Shown here: positions 30,865 to 43,504 of the stretch, piece by piece
How positions within the stretch are numbered: position 1 is the stretch's first letter
Layout: the number at the start of each line of letters is the position of its first letter
DNA from: an uncultured Actinomycetes bacterium
Lineage (GTDB): Bacteria > Actinomycetota > Thermoleophilia > Gaiellales > JAICJC01
Direction of reading: 5' to 3'
Assembly (NCBI GenBank): GCA_963746115.1
Contig: CAVVAA010000003.1
Coordinates: 385,404 to 449,403, forward strand
DNA: 64,000 nt
Notes under the pieces: model-generated
What the model was told of the DNA's origin: nothing
Database searches by the model: none
Seen by the model: the letters and a program-made list of their open reading frames with translations, nothing else
Made by a program: the position numbers and the translations under genes

Positions 30865-30866
30865 CA

Positions 30867-31487
30867 GTGGGCAAGGGCATCATCGGAACCAAGCTCGGCA
30901 TGACCCAGCTCTTCGACGAGGAGTCGGGTCGGGTCACGCCCGTCACGGTGATCGAGGCGGGCCCGTGCCCGGTCGTTGCCGTGCGCACGCCCGAGGCCGA
31001 CGGCTACACGGCTGTCCAGCTTGCGTTCGGCGCGGTCAAGGAGAAGAAGCTCACCCGCCCGCGGGCCGGCCACCTGAAGGCGGCCGGCGTCGCTCCGCAC
31101 CGCACCCTGATCGAGTTCCGCAACGCCGAGGGCTGGAACGCCGGCGACACGGTCACGGTCGAGGCGTTCGAGGAGGGCGAGCGGGTGAAGGTGAGCGGCG
31201 TCTCCCGCGGCAAGGGCTTCGCCGGCACGATCAAGCGCCACCGCTTCTCGCGGGGGCCGGCGTCGCACGGGTCGCACAACGTCCGCGCCCCGGGCTCGAT
31301 CGGCGCGTCGGCGACGCCCTCCCACGTCTACAAGGGCACGCGCATGGCAGGCCAGATGGGCTCCGAGCGCGTCACGCAGCGCGGCCTGCGGGTCGTCGAG
31401 GTGGATGCCGAGAAGAACCTCATGCTCGTCCGTGGCGCCGTCCCCGGCGCGGTGGGCGGCGTGGTCGAGATCAGGAGCGATTCGTAG
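30867..31487 (+). CDS. rplC: 50S ribosomal protein L3
   Basis: [41 protein letters not shown]... Confidence 0.97.
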   Translation: MGKGIIGTKLGMTQLFDEESGRVTPVTVIEAGPCPVVAVRTPEADGYTAVQLAFGAVKEKKLTRPRAGHLKAAGVAPHRTLIEFRNAEGWNAGDTVTVEAFEEGERVKVSGVSRGKGFAGTIKRHRFSRGPASHGSHNVRAPGSIGASATPSHVYKGTRMAGQMGSERVTQRGLRVVEVDAEKNLMLVRGAVPGAVGGVVEIRSDS

Positions 31488-32107
31488 TGGCTGCCCCGAC
31501 CGCACCCGTGCTGACCGGCGGCGCCAAGGCCAAGCTCGACGAGGCCGTGTTCGGCCTCGAGCGCAATGACCCGCTGGTGCACGAGGTCGTGAAGGCCGAG
31601 CTGGCCGCCCGCCGTCAGGGCACGTCCTCGACGAAGACCCGCGGGCTCGTCTCGGGCGGTCGCTCCAAGCCCTGGCGGCAGAAGGGCACCGGCCGTGCCC
31701 GCGCCGGCACGATCCGGGCCTCGCAGTGGACCGGCGGCGGCGTCGTCTTCGGCCCCCAGCCGCGCAACTACACCGGCAAGGTGAACCGCAAGGCACGCCT
31801 GAAGGCGCTGCGCATCGCGCTCTCGGCCCACGCCGGGGCGGGATCGCTGCACGCCGTCGACGGTGCCGTGTTCGATGAGCCCAAGACCGCCCGCGCGGCC
31901 GAGCTCTTCACCACGGCCGCGTTGCACACGCCGCTCGTGGTGGTCGTCGCCGACGACGACGCCAACCTCGCGAAGTCGGCCCGGAATCTGCATCGCACAC
32001 ACGTCGTCCCGGTCGGCGAGCTCGAGGTCGCCGACGTCGTCTGGGCGCGCAGCCTCGTCGTGTCGAAGGCGGCGCTCACGGCGCTCGAGGGCGGTGAGAG
32101 CTCGTGA
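31487..32107 (+). CDS. rplD: 50S ribosomal protein L4
   Basis: GTG overlapping the rplC stop. ...[40 protein letters not shown]...; 206 aa. Confidence 0.95.
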   Translation: MAAPTAPVLTGGAKAKLDEAVFGLERNDPLVHEVVKAELAARRQGTSSTKTRGLVSGGRSKPWRQKGTGRARAGTIRASQWTGGGVVFGPQPRNYTGKVNRKARLKALRIALSAHAGAGSLHAVDGAVFDEPKTARAAELFTTAALHTPLVVVVADDDANLAKSARNLHRTHVVPVGELEVADVVWARSLVVSKAALTALEGGESS

Positions 32108-32400
32108 ACGGCGACCCGCGCTCGGTGCTGATCGCCCCCGTCGTGTCGGAGAAGAGCTACGGCCAGATCGCCGACCGGCGCAAGTACACGTTCCGGGTGC
32201 ATTCGAGCGCCCACAAGACGCAGGTACGCCAGGCCGTCGAGGAGATCTTCGACGTCAGCGTCACCCACGTGAACATCGCGAAGGTGCCGCCCAAGCCGAA
32301 GCGGCGCGGCGCCCACGCCGGCCAGCGGCCGGGGTGGAAGAAGGCGGTCGTGACGATCGCCGAGGGCCAGACGATCGAAGCGTTCGGACCGGGGGTCTAA
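32104..32400 (+). CDS. rplW: 50S ribosomal protein L23
   Basis: ...[50 protein letters not shown]... Confidence 0.95.
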   Translation: MNGDPRSVLIAPVVSEKSYGQIADRRKYTFRVHSSAHKTQVRQAVEEIFDVSVTHVNIAKVPPKPKRRGAHAGQRPGWKKAVVTIAEGQTIEAFGPGV

Positions 32401-32403
32401 GGG

Positions 32404-33239
<836 letters not shown>

Positions 33240-33243
<4 letters not shown>

Positions 33244-33524
33244 GCCGATCGAGCAAGAAGGGCCCCTTCGTGGAGCCCAAGCTGATGAAGCGCGTCGAGC
33301 AGATGAACGAGACGCGCCAGAAGCGGATGCTGAAGACGTGGTCGCGGGCGTCGACGATCTTCCCGGAGTTCGTCGGCCACACGATCGCCGTGCACGACGG
33401 CCGCAAGCACGTCCCGGTGTTCATCTCGGAGTCCATGGTCGGCCACAAGCTGGGCGAGTTCGCGCCCACCCGCACCTACCGCGGGCACGGCAACGACCGC
33501 ACGTCGAGGATGAAGGGGCGCTAG
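33240..33524 (+). CDS. rpsS: 30S ribosomal protein S19
   Basis: ATGA overlap with rpl[63 protein letters not shown]...; 94 aa. Confidence 0.96.
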
Positions 33525-33527
33525 GCC

Positions 33528-34136
33528 ATGGCCGTCGCCGTCGCCGTCAAGGATCGAGACACCGTGCGGGCGCAGGCTCGCTACGTGCGCTGCTCGGCCC
33601 GCAAGGCCCGGCTCGTGCTCGAGCACATCCGCGGCAAGCAGGCCGTCGAGGCGACGTCGATCCTCGCCTTCCAGACGCGGGCGGCCGCCCGTGACGCGGG
33701 CAAGGTGCTGGCGTCGGCGATCGCGAACGCGGAGAACAACAACGGCTACGACGCGGACGACCTGATCGTGGTGGCCGCCTACGCCGACGAGGGCCCGACG
33801 CTGAAGCGCTGGCGGCCCCGCGCGCGCGGCCGAGTGAACCGGATCCGCAAGCGCACCTGCCACATCACGATCCAGCTCGCGGTCGCCGAGCCGGGCGAGA
33901 TCAAGAAGCCCGTGCGCCGGCGCCCTGCGCAGCTGCCCAAGGCGCAGCCGGCTCCCGAGCCCGAGGTCGAGGAGACGACGCCCGAGACGGTCGAGGCCGA
34001 CGAGCCGCAGGCCGAGGAGAAGCCGAAGCCGAAGCGCGCCCGCAAGCCGCGCGCGAAGAAGACCGAGACACCCGAGGCCACGACCGAGGCGGCCGACGAG
34101 CCGGCCGCGGACGACGCCTCCGAGGAGGAGAAGTAG
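33528..34136 (+). CDS. rplV: 50S ribosomal protein L22 with an approximately 85-aa charged C-terminal extension
   Basis: ...RAQARYVRCSARKARLVLEHIRGK...RWRPRARGRVNRIRKRTCHITIQL, then PAQLPKAQPAPEPEVEETTPE...KPKPKRARKPRAKKTETPE...DDASEEEK. Confidence 0.93.
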   Translation: MAVAVAVKDRDTVRAQARYVRCSARKARLVLEHIRGKQAVEATSILAFQTRAAARDAGKVLASAIANAENNNGYDADDLIVVAAYADEGPTLKRWRPRARGRVNRIRKRTCHITIQLAVAEPGEIKKPVRRRPAQLPKAQPAPEPEVEETTPETVEADEPQAEEKPKPKRARKPRAKKTETPEATTEAADEPAADDASEEEK

Positions 34137-35122
34137 TTGGGACACAAGGTCCACCCAGGCGGCCTGCGGGTCGGTGTCATCCACACGTGGAAGTCGAACT
34201 GGTTCGTTCCGGCGAAGGAGTTCCCGGACGCGCTGATGGAGGACGTGAAGATCCGCGACCACATCTACGGCAAGCTCTCCCACGCGGGCCTGTCCGACAT
34301 CCACATCCGCAAGGACAAGCAGCGGATCACCGTCGACATCTACACGGCCCGCCCCGGCATCGTGATCGGCAAGTCGGGCTCGGAGGTCGACGCGCTGCGG
34401 CGTGAGCTGCACGCGATGACGACGAAGAACGTCCAGGTGAACATCACCGAGATCAAGCGCCCGGAGCTCGACGCGAAGCTCGTGGCCCAGTCGATCGCCG
34501 AGCAGCTCCAGAACCGGGTGTCGTTCCGGCGGGCGATGAAGCGCTCGCTGTCCTCGTCGATCCGCTCGGGTGCCCAGGGCGTGAAGATCCGCTGCGGCGG
34601 CCGCCTGGGCGGCTCGGAGATGTCGCGCTCGGAGCAGTACAGCGAGGGCCGCGTACCGCTGCACACGCTGCGCGCGGACATCGACTACGGGTTCGCCGAG
34701 GCGAAGACGACCTTCGGCCGCATCGGCGTGAAGGTCTGGATCAACAAGGGCGAGATCATGCCCGAGGGCTTCGAGCACGAGGGCGCTTCGACCCGCCTCG
34801 GCGAGGTCGACAGCCGTCGCCGGCGGCGCGGTGCGCTGCCCGGCGAGATGGAGCAGCTCGGCCCGACGCGGCCCGGCAGGCGCGGCGACGGCCCCGGCGG
34901 CCGACGTCGGCCACGGCCGGGCGGTGGTGGTGGCGGGCGGCGGCGGCGGCCAGGGTGGAGGCCCCGGCGGCGGACGGCGGCCGCGGTCGCGTCCGCGCCC
35001 GGCGCAGTCCGAGCGGCGGCCCGGCGGCCCAGGCGCCGCAGACTCCGACCGAGGCGCCGGCTGAGACGCCCGCCGAGACCCCGACCCCGCCCTCGACCCC
35101 GCCCAAGGAGAGTGCTGAGTAG
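34137..35122 (+). CDS. rpsC: 30S ribosomal protein S3; at least one frame change in the low-complexity tail (34800-35030)
   Basis: TTG start. [23 protein letters not shown]...[18 protein letters not shown]... The start is in frame 0, but the only stop that abuts rplP (TAG 35120-35122, ...[14 protein letters not shown]) is in frame 2. The 443-aa track ORF is a read-through artefact. Confidence 0.9.
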
Positions 35123-35550
35123 TGCTCCTCCCGAAGCGCACCAAGTACCGCCGCGTGCATCGCGGCCGCCGCCGCGGCGACGCCAAGGGCGGGACGCGGG
35201 TCATGTTCGGCGAGTACGGCCTGAAGGCGCTCGAGGCCGGTTGGGTGACCAACCGCCAGATCGAGGCTGCCCGTATCGCGATGACCCGCAAGATCAAGCG
35301 CGGCGGCAAGGTCTGGATCACGATCTTCCCCGACAAGTCAGTGACCCAGAAGCCGGCCGAGACGCGCATGGGCTCGGGCAAGGGCTCGCCGGAGCACTGG
35401 GTCGCGGTCGTGAAGCCCGGCCGGGTGATGTTCGAGCTGGCCGGTGTTCCCGAGCCGCTCGCGCGTGAGGCGATCCGGCTGGCCGCCATGAAGCTGCCGG
35501 TGAAAGCGAAGTTCGTGTCCCGGGAGGGTGATCTGTTTGAAGGCCAGTGA
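35122..35550 (+). CDS. rplP: 50S ribosomal protein L16
   Basis: GTG start. [56 protein letters not shown]... Confidence 0.96.
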   Translation: MLLPKRTKYRRVHRGRRRGDAKGGTRVMFGEYGLKALEAGWVTNRQIEAARIAMTRKIKRGGKVWITIFPDKSVTQKPAETRMGSGKGSPEHWVAVVKPGRVMFELAGVPEPLAREAIRLAAMKLPVKAKFVSREGDLFEGQ

Positions 35551-35740
35551 GATCCGCGAGCTGACCGCCGACGAGCTCGAGCGCAAGCTGGCCGAGACGC
35601 GCCAGGAGCTGTTCAACCTGCGCTTCCAGCATGCGACCGGCGCGCTCGACAACACCGCGGCACTCGTCCGCGTCAAGCGCGACATCGCCCGGCTGCTGAC
35701 GATGGCCGGCGAGGGCGCACGGTCCGGGAGCGCCTCGTGA
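35537..35740 (+). CDS. rpmC: 50S ribosomal protein L29 (TTG 35537 preferred; GTG 35528 possible)
   Basis: (M)[54 protein letters not shown]... Confidence 0.9.
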   Translation: MKASEIRELTADELERKLAETRQELFNLRFQHATGALDNTAALVRVKRDIARLLTMAGEGARSGSAS

Positions 35741-36009
35741 GCGCCGCCGAGCCGAAGCCGCGCGGCCGCCGCAAGGAGCGCCGCGGCATCGTCGTCTCGG
35801 ACGCGATGGACAAGACCGTCGTTGTCCGCGTCGACGTCGTGAAGCCGCACCCCAAGTACCACAAGATGCTGCGCCGCTCGATGCGGCTGCACGCGCACGA
35901 CGAGGCCAACAGCTCCAAGGTCGGCGACATCGTCCGCCTGGTCGAGACCCGCCCGCTGTCGCGCACGAAGCGCTGGCGGGTCGCCGAGATCGTCGAGGTG
36001 GCGAAGTGA
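35737..36009 (+). CDS. rpsQ: 30S ribosomal protein S17
   Basis: ...[72 protein letters not shown]... Confidence 0.95.
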   Translation: MSAAEPKPRGRRKERRGIVVSDAMDKTVVVRVDVVKPHPKYHKMLRRSMRLHAHDEANSSKVGDIVRLVETRPLSRTKRWRVAEIVEVAK

Positions 36010-36375
36010 TCCAGGTGGAGACCCGGCTGCGCGTCGCCGACAACACCGGCGCCCGTGAGCTGCTGTGCATCCGCATCAAGGGCGGCAGCCGGCGTCGCTA
36101 CGCGGGGGTCGGGCGATATCATCGTCGGCACCGTCAAGCAGGCCACGCCCAACGGCGCCGTCAAGAAGGGCGAGGTGGTGACGGCGGTGGTGGTGCGGAC
36201 GACCAAGCAGCACCACCGGGACGACGGCACATACATCGCGTTCGACGAGAACGCGGCGGTAATCATCGACGCCCAGCGCAACCCGCGCGGCACGCGCATC
36301 TTCGGGCCCGTGGCGCGCGAGCTGCGCGAGCGCAATTTCATGAAGATCGTGTCCCTCGCTCCAGAGGTTCTTTAA
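36006..36375 (+). CDS. rplN: 50S ribosomal protein L14; +1 indel in G-runs at 36104-36113
   Basis: [36 protein letters not shown] | [29 protein letters not shown]...[26 protein letters not shown]. Confidence 0.93.
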
Positions 36376-36391
36376 CTAAGGCTCAGCTGAT

Positions 36392-36765
36392 ATGGCAATG
36401 AAACAGAAGACGAAGATCGCGCCCAAGCTCAAGCTCAAGACGGGTGACTCGGTGCAGGTGCTGACCGGCAAGGACGCCGGCAAGCGCGGCACCGTCACGC
36501 GCGTGCTCCCCGAGCAGCGCCGGGTCGTGGTCGAGAAGGTGAACATGATCAAGCGGCACACCAAGCCGCGGCCGGCACCGCGCCAGTCGGGCAGCCAGCA
36601 GATCATCCCCGGCGGCGTGCTCGAGCGGGAGGCGCCGCTCCAGATCTCGAACGTGGCCCTCGTGTGCCCGGCCTGCGGCAAGCCGAGCCGGGTCGGCTAC
36701 CGGATCAACGAGAAGGACGGCAACAAGGTGCGCGTCTGCCGCAACTGCGAGAAGGACATCGACAA

Positions 36766-36769
<4 letters not shown>
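36392..36769 (+). CDS. rplX: 50S ribosomal protein L24 (with CxxC...CxxC)
   Basis: ...[46 protein letters not shown]...[35 protein letters not shown]. Confidence 0.94.
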
Positions 36770-37328
<559 letters not shown>

Positions 37329-37356
37329 GCCCGCAGGAAGAAGGACGAGACCAGGT

Positions 37357-37543
37357 ATGGCGAAGGAATCACTGAGGGTCAAGCAGGCGACGGGGCGCGA
37401 AGTACAAGACGCGCTCGTATCACCGCTGCTCGCGCTGCGGGCGTTCGCGGGCGTACTTCCGCAAGTTCGGGGTGTGCCGCATCTGCCTGCGCGAGCTCGC
37501 CCACCAGGGCGTGATCCCGGGAATGACGAAGTCGAGCTGGTGA
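37357..37543 (+). CDS. rpsN: 30S ribosomal protein S14, type Z (zinc form); one frameshift near 37392
   Basis: [11 protein letters not shown].. | [47 protein letters not shown]. Confidence 0.92.
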
Positions 37544-37552
37544 GGAGGGGTC

Positions 37553-37949
37553 ATGGTCACTGATCCGATCGGCGACATGCTCACCCGCATCCGCAACGCC
37601 AACACGGCGCTGCACGAGTCGGTGGCGATGCCCATGTCGGGGATGAAGCGCGAGATCGCGCGCATCCTCAAGGAGGAGGGCTACATCGACGACTGGAGCG
37701 TCTCCAAGGGCGAGACGCTACGACACGCTCGTGGTCATGCTGCGCTACGGCCCCAGCCGCGAGCGCGTGATCTCGGGACTGAAGCGGGTGTCCAAGCCGG
37801 GGCGGCGCGTGTACGCCAAGAAGGACCGGCCGCACCGCGTGCTCGGCGGCATGGGCGTCGCGATCCTGTCGACGTCCAGCGGCGTCGTGACCGGCCGCCA
37901 GGCGCAGGAGCGAGGCGTCGGCGGCGAGGTGCTGTGCTATGTGTGGTGA
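37553..37949 (+). CDS. rpsH: 30S ribosomal protein S8; one frameshift near 37715
   Basis: [54 protein letters not shown] | [36 protein letters not shown]...GGEVLCYVW*. Confidence 0.94.
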
Positions 37950-37952
37950 GCG

Positions 37953-38492
37953 ATGAGCAGAATCGGACGCATGCCCATCCCCGTCCCGCGACGGGGTCTC
38001 GGTCGAGATCGCTCCCGGCAGCGTCGTCGGTGACGGGCCCGCGCGGCAGCCTCTCGGAGCGGATCTCGCCCGAGATCACGGTCGCCCAGGAGGACGGCGC
38101 GCCTGGTCGTGACCGCGGCCGACCGACCGCAGCGCATCACCGCGCGCTGCACGGGCTCACCCGCACGCTGGTGGCGAACATGGTCACCGGCGTCACCGAC
38201 GGCTTCACGAAGCGGCTCGAGATCCAGGGCGTCGGCTACCGCGCCGCGCTGCGCGGCTCCGACCTCGAGATGCAGCTCGGCTTCAGCCACCCGGTCACCG
38301 TGAAGGCGCCGGAGGGGATCACCTTCGAGGTGCCCCAGCCGACGCAGATCGTCGTCAGCGGCTCGAGCAAGCAGCAGGTCGGCGAGATCGCGGCCCAGAT
38401 CCGCAAGTGGCGCCCGCCGGAGCCCTACAAGGGCAAGGGCGTCCGCTACGCGGGCGAGCAGGTCGATCCGCAAGGTCGGAAAGCGGGCGTAG
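37953..38492 (+). CDS. rplF: 50S ribosomal protein L6; about 5 apparent frameshifts
   Basis: [12 protein letters not shown] | [12 protein letters not shown] | [24 protein letters not shown] | LVVT.. | [38 protein letters not shown]...[12 protein letters not shown] | IRKVGKRA*. Confidence 0.92.
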
Positions 38493-38495
38493 GCG

Positions 38496-38850
38496 ATGGC
38501 CAGAAGACCAAGCAGCAGGCCCGTCTGCGCCGGCACCGGCGGGTGCGCGCCAAGGTGAACGGCACGACCGAGCGGCCGCGCCTGGCCGTGTACCGCTCCA
38601 ACCGGGGCATCGCCGCCCAGGTGATCGACGACGGCGCCGGGCCGCACGCTGGCGGCCGCCTCGAGCCAGGACAAATCGCTCGCGAAGACGCACGCGCGCC
38701 GAAGCGCCGGCGGCGGTCGGCAAGCTCGTCGCCGAGCGCGCCAAGGAGGCCGGCGTCGCCACGGTCGTGTTCGACCGCGGCGGCTACCTTTACCACGGAC
38801 GGGTCAAGGCGCTGGCCGACGCCGCCCGCGAGAACGGATTGGAGTTTTAG
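38496..38850 (+). CDS. rplR: 50S ribosomal protein L18; about 3 apparent frameshifts
   Basis: MA | [43 protein letters not shown] | [16 protein letters not shown] | [50 protein letters not shown]. Confidence 0.92.
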
Positions 38851-39734
38851 TGGCTGTAACGCCCAGACCGGGATCGCGCAACCCCGCCGCCCGCGGGTCC
38901 GAGGTCGCCGGCCGCGACCTGCAGGAGCGGGTCGTGAAGATCAACCGCGTCGCCAAGGTCGTCAAGGGCGGCCGCCGCTTCTCGTTCACGGCGCTCGTCG
39001 TCGTCGGCGACGAGGTCGACCACGTCGGCGTCGGCTACGGCAAGGCGAACGAGGTGCCGTCGGCCATCGCCAAGGCGGTCGAGGACGCGAAGAAGAACCT
39101 CTTCCAGATCCCCAAGTACCGGAACACGATCACCCACCAGGTGCACCGGCCGCTACGGCGCCGGCCGGGTGCTCCTGAAGCCCGCCTCCGAGGGCACCGG
39201 CGTGATCGCCGGCGCCGGCGTCCGGGCCGTGCTCGAGCTGGGCGGCGTGCGCGACATCCTGGCCAAGTCGCTCGGCACCGCGAACCCGATCAACCTGCTG
39301 ATGGCGACCGTGCAGGGCCTGAAGTCGCTGAAGCGGCCCGAGGACGTGGCCAGGCTGCGCGGGCAGCCGGATCCGCGACGTGATCAAGCCGCACTCCCAG
39401 GTCGTCGCCGAGGCGCAGGCCAAGGCCGACGCCGCCGCGGTTGCCGTCGCAGAGGCGCCGGCACCCGCCGCCCCGCCGGAGCCGGCCAGCCCAAGGCCGC
39501 GCCGAAGCCGAAGGCGACCGCCAAGCCCAAGGCGGCGCCGAAGCCGAAGGCCGAGCCCAAGGCGGAGCCGACGGAGGACGAGCCCGAGCCGGCGGCCGAG
39601 GCCGCCGCCGAGGCGGAGGCCGCACCGGCCGAGCCGGCCGCGGCGAAGCCCAAGCGGGCCCGCGCAAACGCGCCCCCAAGGCCGACGCCGACGCGGCGCG
39701 AGCCGAGACGGCCGAGGGCGGTGACGACGCCTGA
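38850..39734 (+). CDS. rpsE: 30S ribosomal protein S5 with a long A/K/P/E-rich C-terminal extension; about 4 apparent frameshifts
   Basis: GTG start. ...[59 protein letters not shown]... | [64 protein letters not shown] | ...[27 protein letters not shown]... | ...[18 protein letters not shown]. Confidence 0.9.
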
Positions 39735-39921
39735 TGGCGAAGCTCCGCATCACCCAGGTGCGCGGCACGATCCGCACCCGCCCCGAGCACCGCGGCACGC
39801 TGCGGGCGCTCGGCCTGCGCCAGATCAACGCCGACGATCGTCCGCGAGGACTCGCCGGTGCTGCAGGGCATGCTGCGCCGGGTCGAACGCGATGGTGAAG
39901 GTGGAGGAGATCGATGGCTGA
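39734..39921 (+). CDS. rpmD: 50S ribosomal protein L30; 2 apparent frameshifts
   Basis: [32 protein letters not shown] | [17 protein letters not shown] | MVKVEEIDG*. Confidence 0.88.
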
Positions 39922-40565
39922 AGAGACGACCTCCGCAGCCCCGGCCTGCACGAGCTGCGCCCGCGCCGAGGGCAGCCACCGCGAGCGCAAGCGCGTCGGC
40001 CGCGGCGAGGGCTCGGGCAACGGCAAGACGTCCGGCCGCGGCCAGAAGGGACAGAAGTCGCGGTCGGGCAGCCACCGGATGCGGGCCGGCTTCGAGGGCG
40101 GCCAGATGCCGCTCTACATGCGCGCTCGGCAAGCTGCGCGGCCCCAACCACCGGAAGTCGATGCCGATGGGCCCGTTCCGCACGCACACGACCCCGGTCA
40201 ACGTGCGCGACCTGGAGCGGTTCGACGCCGGCGTCGAGGTGACGCCCGACCTGCTGCAAGGCCGCGGCCTCGTCGGCACGCTGCGCCATCCGGTGAAGAT
40301 CCTGGGCGACGGCGAGCTCTCGCGCGGGCTCACCGTGCACGCGCACGCGTTCTCGCGCCGCGCGGCCGAGCTGATCGAGGCGGCGGGCGGCAAGGCCGTC
40401 GTGATCGGCGGCGGCCCGGCCGTGGCCGAGCCTGCGAAGCCGAAGAAGCGGGCGAAGCCGAAGGCCGCTCCGGTCGAGGAGCCGGCCGCCGAGGCGCAGG
40501 ACGATGCGCCCGAGGCCGACGCCGAGGCGGAGGCGCCCGAGACGGAGACCGAGACCGACGAGTAG
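39914..40565 (+). CDS. rplO: 50S ribosomal protein L15 with a K/P/A/E-rich tail; about 3 apparent frameshifts
   Basis: MAEET | [12 protein letters not shown] | [53 protein letters not shown] | [18 protein letters not shown]...[10 protein letters not shown]...[23 protein letters not shown]...ETETETDE*. Confidence 0.9.
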
Positions 40566-40578
40566 GCAGGAGCCGACC

Positions 40579-41858
40579 GTGCTGCAGAACCTGATCAACG
40601 CCTGGCGCACGCCGGATCTGCGCAACAAGCTGCTCTTCACGGCGGCGATGCTCGCGATCTACCGGTTCGGCTCCTTCGTGCCGGCGCCGGGCGTGAACTC
40701 GGACGCGCTCTCGAGCGCGCTCTCGAGCCAGGGCGGCATCTTCGGCCTGCTGTCGGTGTTCTCCGGCGGCGGGCTCTCCCGGCTGGGCGTGTTCGCGCTC
40801 GGGATCATGCCGTACATCACGGCCTCGATCATCCTGCAGGTGATGACGCCCGTCTTCCCCACCCTGCAGGCTCTGCAGAAGGAGGGCGAGCTGGGGCAGC
40901 GCCGGATCACCCAGTACACGCGCTACCTGACCGTCGCGCTGGCCGCGCTGCAGGCGCTGGGCTACACGTACGCCTTCCACTCGAACACGCTCGGCGTCAC
41001 CACGACGGGCAGCCTGATCAACTGGCACGCTCGGCAACGTCATCCTGATCGTGATCACCCTGACCGCGGGCGCCACGCTGCTCATGTGGATCGGCGAGCT
41101 GATCACCCAGCGCGGCGTCGGCAACGGCATGTCGCTCCTGATCTTCGCGTCGATCCTGACGTCGGCCCCGGCCGGCATCTCGGCCTGGTGGAACGGCTCG
41201 ACGTTCGAGAAGCTCTCGCTGCCGATCGTCGTGTTCGGCGTGATCGTCGCCGTCGTCTACGTGCAGGAGGGGATCCGCAAGATCCCGATCCAGTACGCGA
41301 AGCGCATGGTGGGGCGGCGGATGACGACGGGCGGCTCGACCTACCTGCCGCTGCGCGTGAACATGGCCGGCGTGATCCCGGTCATCTTCGCCGCGGCGAT
41401 CATGGCGTTCCCGCCGACGGTGGGGCAGCTCGTCCCGTGGACGTTCGCCCACGACCTGGCCCGGTTCCTGCAGCCGGGCGGGTGGCCGTTCTTGATCGGC
41501 GAGGCGGTGCTGATCTTCGGGTTCACGTTCTTCTACGTGGCCGTGATCTTCAACTCGATCGAGCAGGCCGACAACCTGAAGAAGAACGGCGGGTTCGTCC
41601 CCGGCGTGCGCCCCGGGCGGCCCGACCGCCCAGTACCTCGAGCGTGTGCTGGTGCGGCTGACGGTGGCGGGCGGCCTCTTCCTGGCCGCCGTTGCGGTGC
41701 TGCCGTCGCTCTTCATCAAGTACGGCGGGTTCTCGCAGGCGACCGGGCGCGCGCTCGGCGGCACGTCGGTGCTGATCGTCGTGGGCGTGGCCATCGACAC
41801 GATGCGGCAGATCGAGTCGCAGCTCTCGATGCGCGCCTACAAGGGCTTCCTGAAGTAA
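40579..41858 (+). CDS. secY: Preprotein translocase SecY; 2 apparent frameshifts (about 41025, about 41625)
   Basis: GTG start. [39 protein letters not shown]...[15 protein letters not shown] | ...[26 protein letters not shown]...[15 protein letters not shown]... | ...[33 protein letters not shown]. Confidence 0.94.
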
Positions 41859-41862
41859 TCAG

Positions 41863-42532
41863 ATGGCCCTCGATCTGATCCTGATGGGGCCTCCGGGCGC
41901 CGGCAAGGGTACCCAGGCGGGGCGGATCGCCGCCGAGCGCGGCCTGGCCCACATCGCCACCGGCGACATGCTGCGCGCGGCGGTGCGCGACGGCACGCCG
42001 CTCGGGCTCGAGGCGAAGGCGGTCATGGCCCGCGGCGACCTCGTCTCCGACGACCTGATCATCGCCATGTTCCGCGAGCGCCTGGGCGGCGACGACACGA
42101 CCGCCGGCGTGCTGCTCGACGGCTTCCCCCGCACCGAGGCGCAGGCGGTCGCTCTCGACGACATGCTGGTCGGGCTCGAGCGCACGATCGCCGCGGTGAT
42201 CGTGTTCGACATCGACGAGGAGACCGTGGTTCGGCGCCTGTCCGGGCGGCGCATGTGCCGGGCCAACGACCACGTGTACCACGTCGAGTCGAACCCGCCC
42301 GCGGTCGACTCGGTGTGCGACATCGACGGCTCGGAGCTGTACCAGCGCGACGACGACCAGCCCGACGTCATCCGCACCCGGTTCCGGAAGCAGTGGGTCG
42401 AGGCGGCGGCGCCGGTGATCGAGCTACTACCGCGGCCACGGGGTCGTCACGACATCGACGCCGCGCAGCCGCGGGAGCGAGGTGTCGGCGGAGCTCGACG
42501 CGCTGCTCGACGGCCTCGGGCGGCGGGCGTGA
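41863..42532 (+). CDS. adk: Adenylate kinase; about 3 apparent frameshifts in the last 110 nt, which create a false adk-map fusion ORF
   Basis: MALDLILMGPPGAGKGTQAGRIAAERGLAHIATGDMLR...LLDGFPRT...; the C-terminus reconstructs as YYRGHGVV.. [25 protein letters not shown]. Confidence 0.92.
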
Positions 42533-43302
42533 TCGTCCGCAAGACCGACGCCGAGGTCGACACGATGGCCCGCGCCGGCCGCGTGGTGGCCGCCACGCTC
42601 GACCTGGTCGAGGAGCGGTCCGCGCCCGGCGTGACGCTGGCCGAGCTCGACCACATCGCCGAGACGTTCATCGAGTCGCGCGGCGGCCTGCCGACCTTCA
42701 AGGGCTACCGCGGCTACCCGGGGTCGATCTGCGCGTCGCCGAACGCGATGGTGGTGCACGGCATCCCCGGCCCGTACACGCTCGTCCCGGGCGACCTGCT
42801 CTCGATCGATGTCGGCGTCACGCTGGACGGCTACGTCGCCGACTCGGCGATCACCTTCACGATCGGCGAGCCGTCCGCGCAGGCCGCCGACCTGATCGCC
42901 GCCTGCTACGAGGGCCTCGAGGCCGCGATCGCCCAGTGCCAGGCCGGCAACCGGCTCGGCGACGTGTCGCACGCCGTGCAGACGGCCGTCGAGGCGCACG
43001 GCTTCGGCGTCGTCCGCAGCCTGGTCGGCCACGGCGTCGGCCGCAACATGCACGAGGACCCGCAGATCCCCAACTACGGCCCGCCCGGCCGCGGCCCCAA
43101 GCTGGCGCCGGGGATGGTGCTCGCGATCGAGCCGATGATCACCGCGGGGTCGTACGACGTCGAGAGCGGCGACGACGGCTGGGCGGTCTACACCCGCGAC
43201 GGCAGCCTCGCGGCGCACTGCGAGCACACGGTCGCGATCACCGGCAACGGGCCGCGCGTGCTCACGCGCCGCGACCCGCGGCAGGAGGCGGCGGAGCGGT
43301 GA
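42529..43302 (+). CDS. map: Methionine aminopeptidase type I
   Basis: GTG overlapping the adk stop. [21 protein letters not shown]...[24 protein letters not shown]...[14 protein letters not shown]...[18 protein letters not shown]...IEPM...HCEHTVAIT. Confidence 0.95.
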   Translation: MIVRKTDAEVDTMARAGRVVAATLDLVEERSAPGVTLAELDHIAETFIESRGGLPTFKGYRGYPGSICASPNAMVVHGIPGPYTLVPGDLLSIDVGVTLDGYVADSAITFTIGEPSAQAADLIAACYEGLEAAIAQCQAGNRLGDVSHAVQTAVEAHGFGVVRSLVGHGVGRNMHEDPQIPNYGPPGRGPKLAPGMVLAIEPMITAGSYDVESGDDGWAVYTRDGSLAAHCEHTVAITGNGPRVLTRRDPRQEAAER

Positions 43303-43378
43303 TACACTTCTTGGCCGCTCGGGCAGCGTGCTGGTCCCTGCCTGCCGAGCGCCGTATCGCCCCCTTGGAGGTTTCCCG

Positions 43379-43492
43379 TTGAAGGTGCGCCCCAGCGTCC
43401 GACCGATGTGTGAGAAGTGCCGCGTCATCCGGCGCCACGGCAACGTGCTCGTGATCTGTACCAACCCGCGCCACAAGCAGCGACAAGGTTAG
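43379..43492 (+). CDS. rpmJ: 50S ribosomal protein L36 (zinc form); too short for the ORF track
   Basis: TTG start after a GGAGG RBS. (M)[36 protein letters not shown], 37 aa. Confidence 0.92.
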   Translation: MKVRPSVRPMCEKCRVIRRHGNVLVICTNPRHKQRQG

Positions 43493-43504
43493 GACGGTGA
43501 GCTG

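Noticed and set aside
37553-39178. A 541-aa ORF spanning rpsH to rpsE. Similar cases are the 443-aa rpsC read-through (34137..35468), the 1152-aa ORF 47198..50656 and the 833-aa ORF 50631..53132(-).
   Set aside because: Each contains segments of several different conserved proteins, or runs into a neighbouring gene in a wrong frame. All are explained by indels removing the true stops.
41863-43302. A single 479-aa ORF that looks like a bifunctional adenylate kinase / methionine aminopeptidase fusion.
   Set aside because: The adk C-terminus reconstructs normally (…[17 protein letters not shown], stop at 42530-42532) once three indels in 42420-42480 are allowed. map has its own GTG at 42529. 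The fusion is a frameshift artefact.
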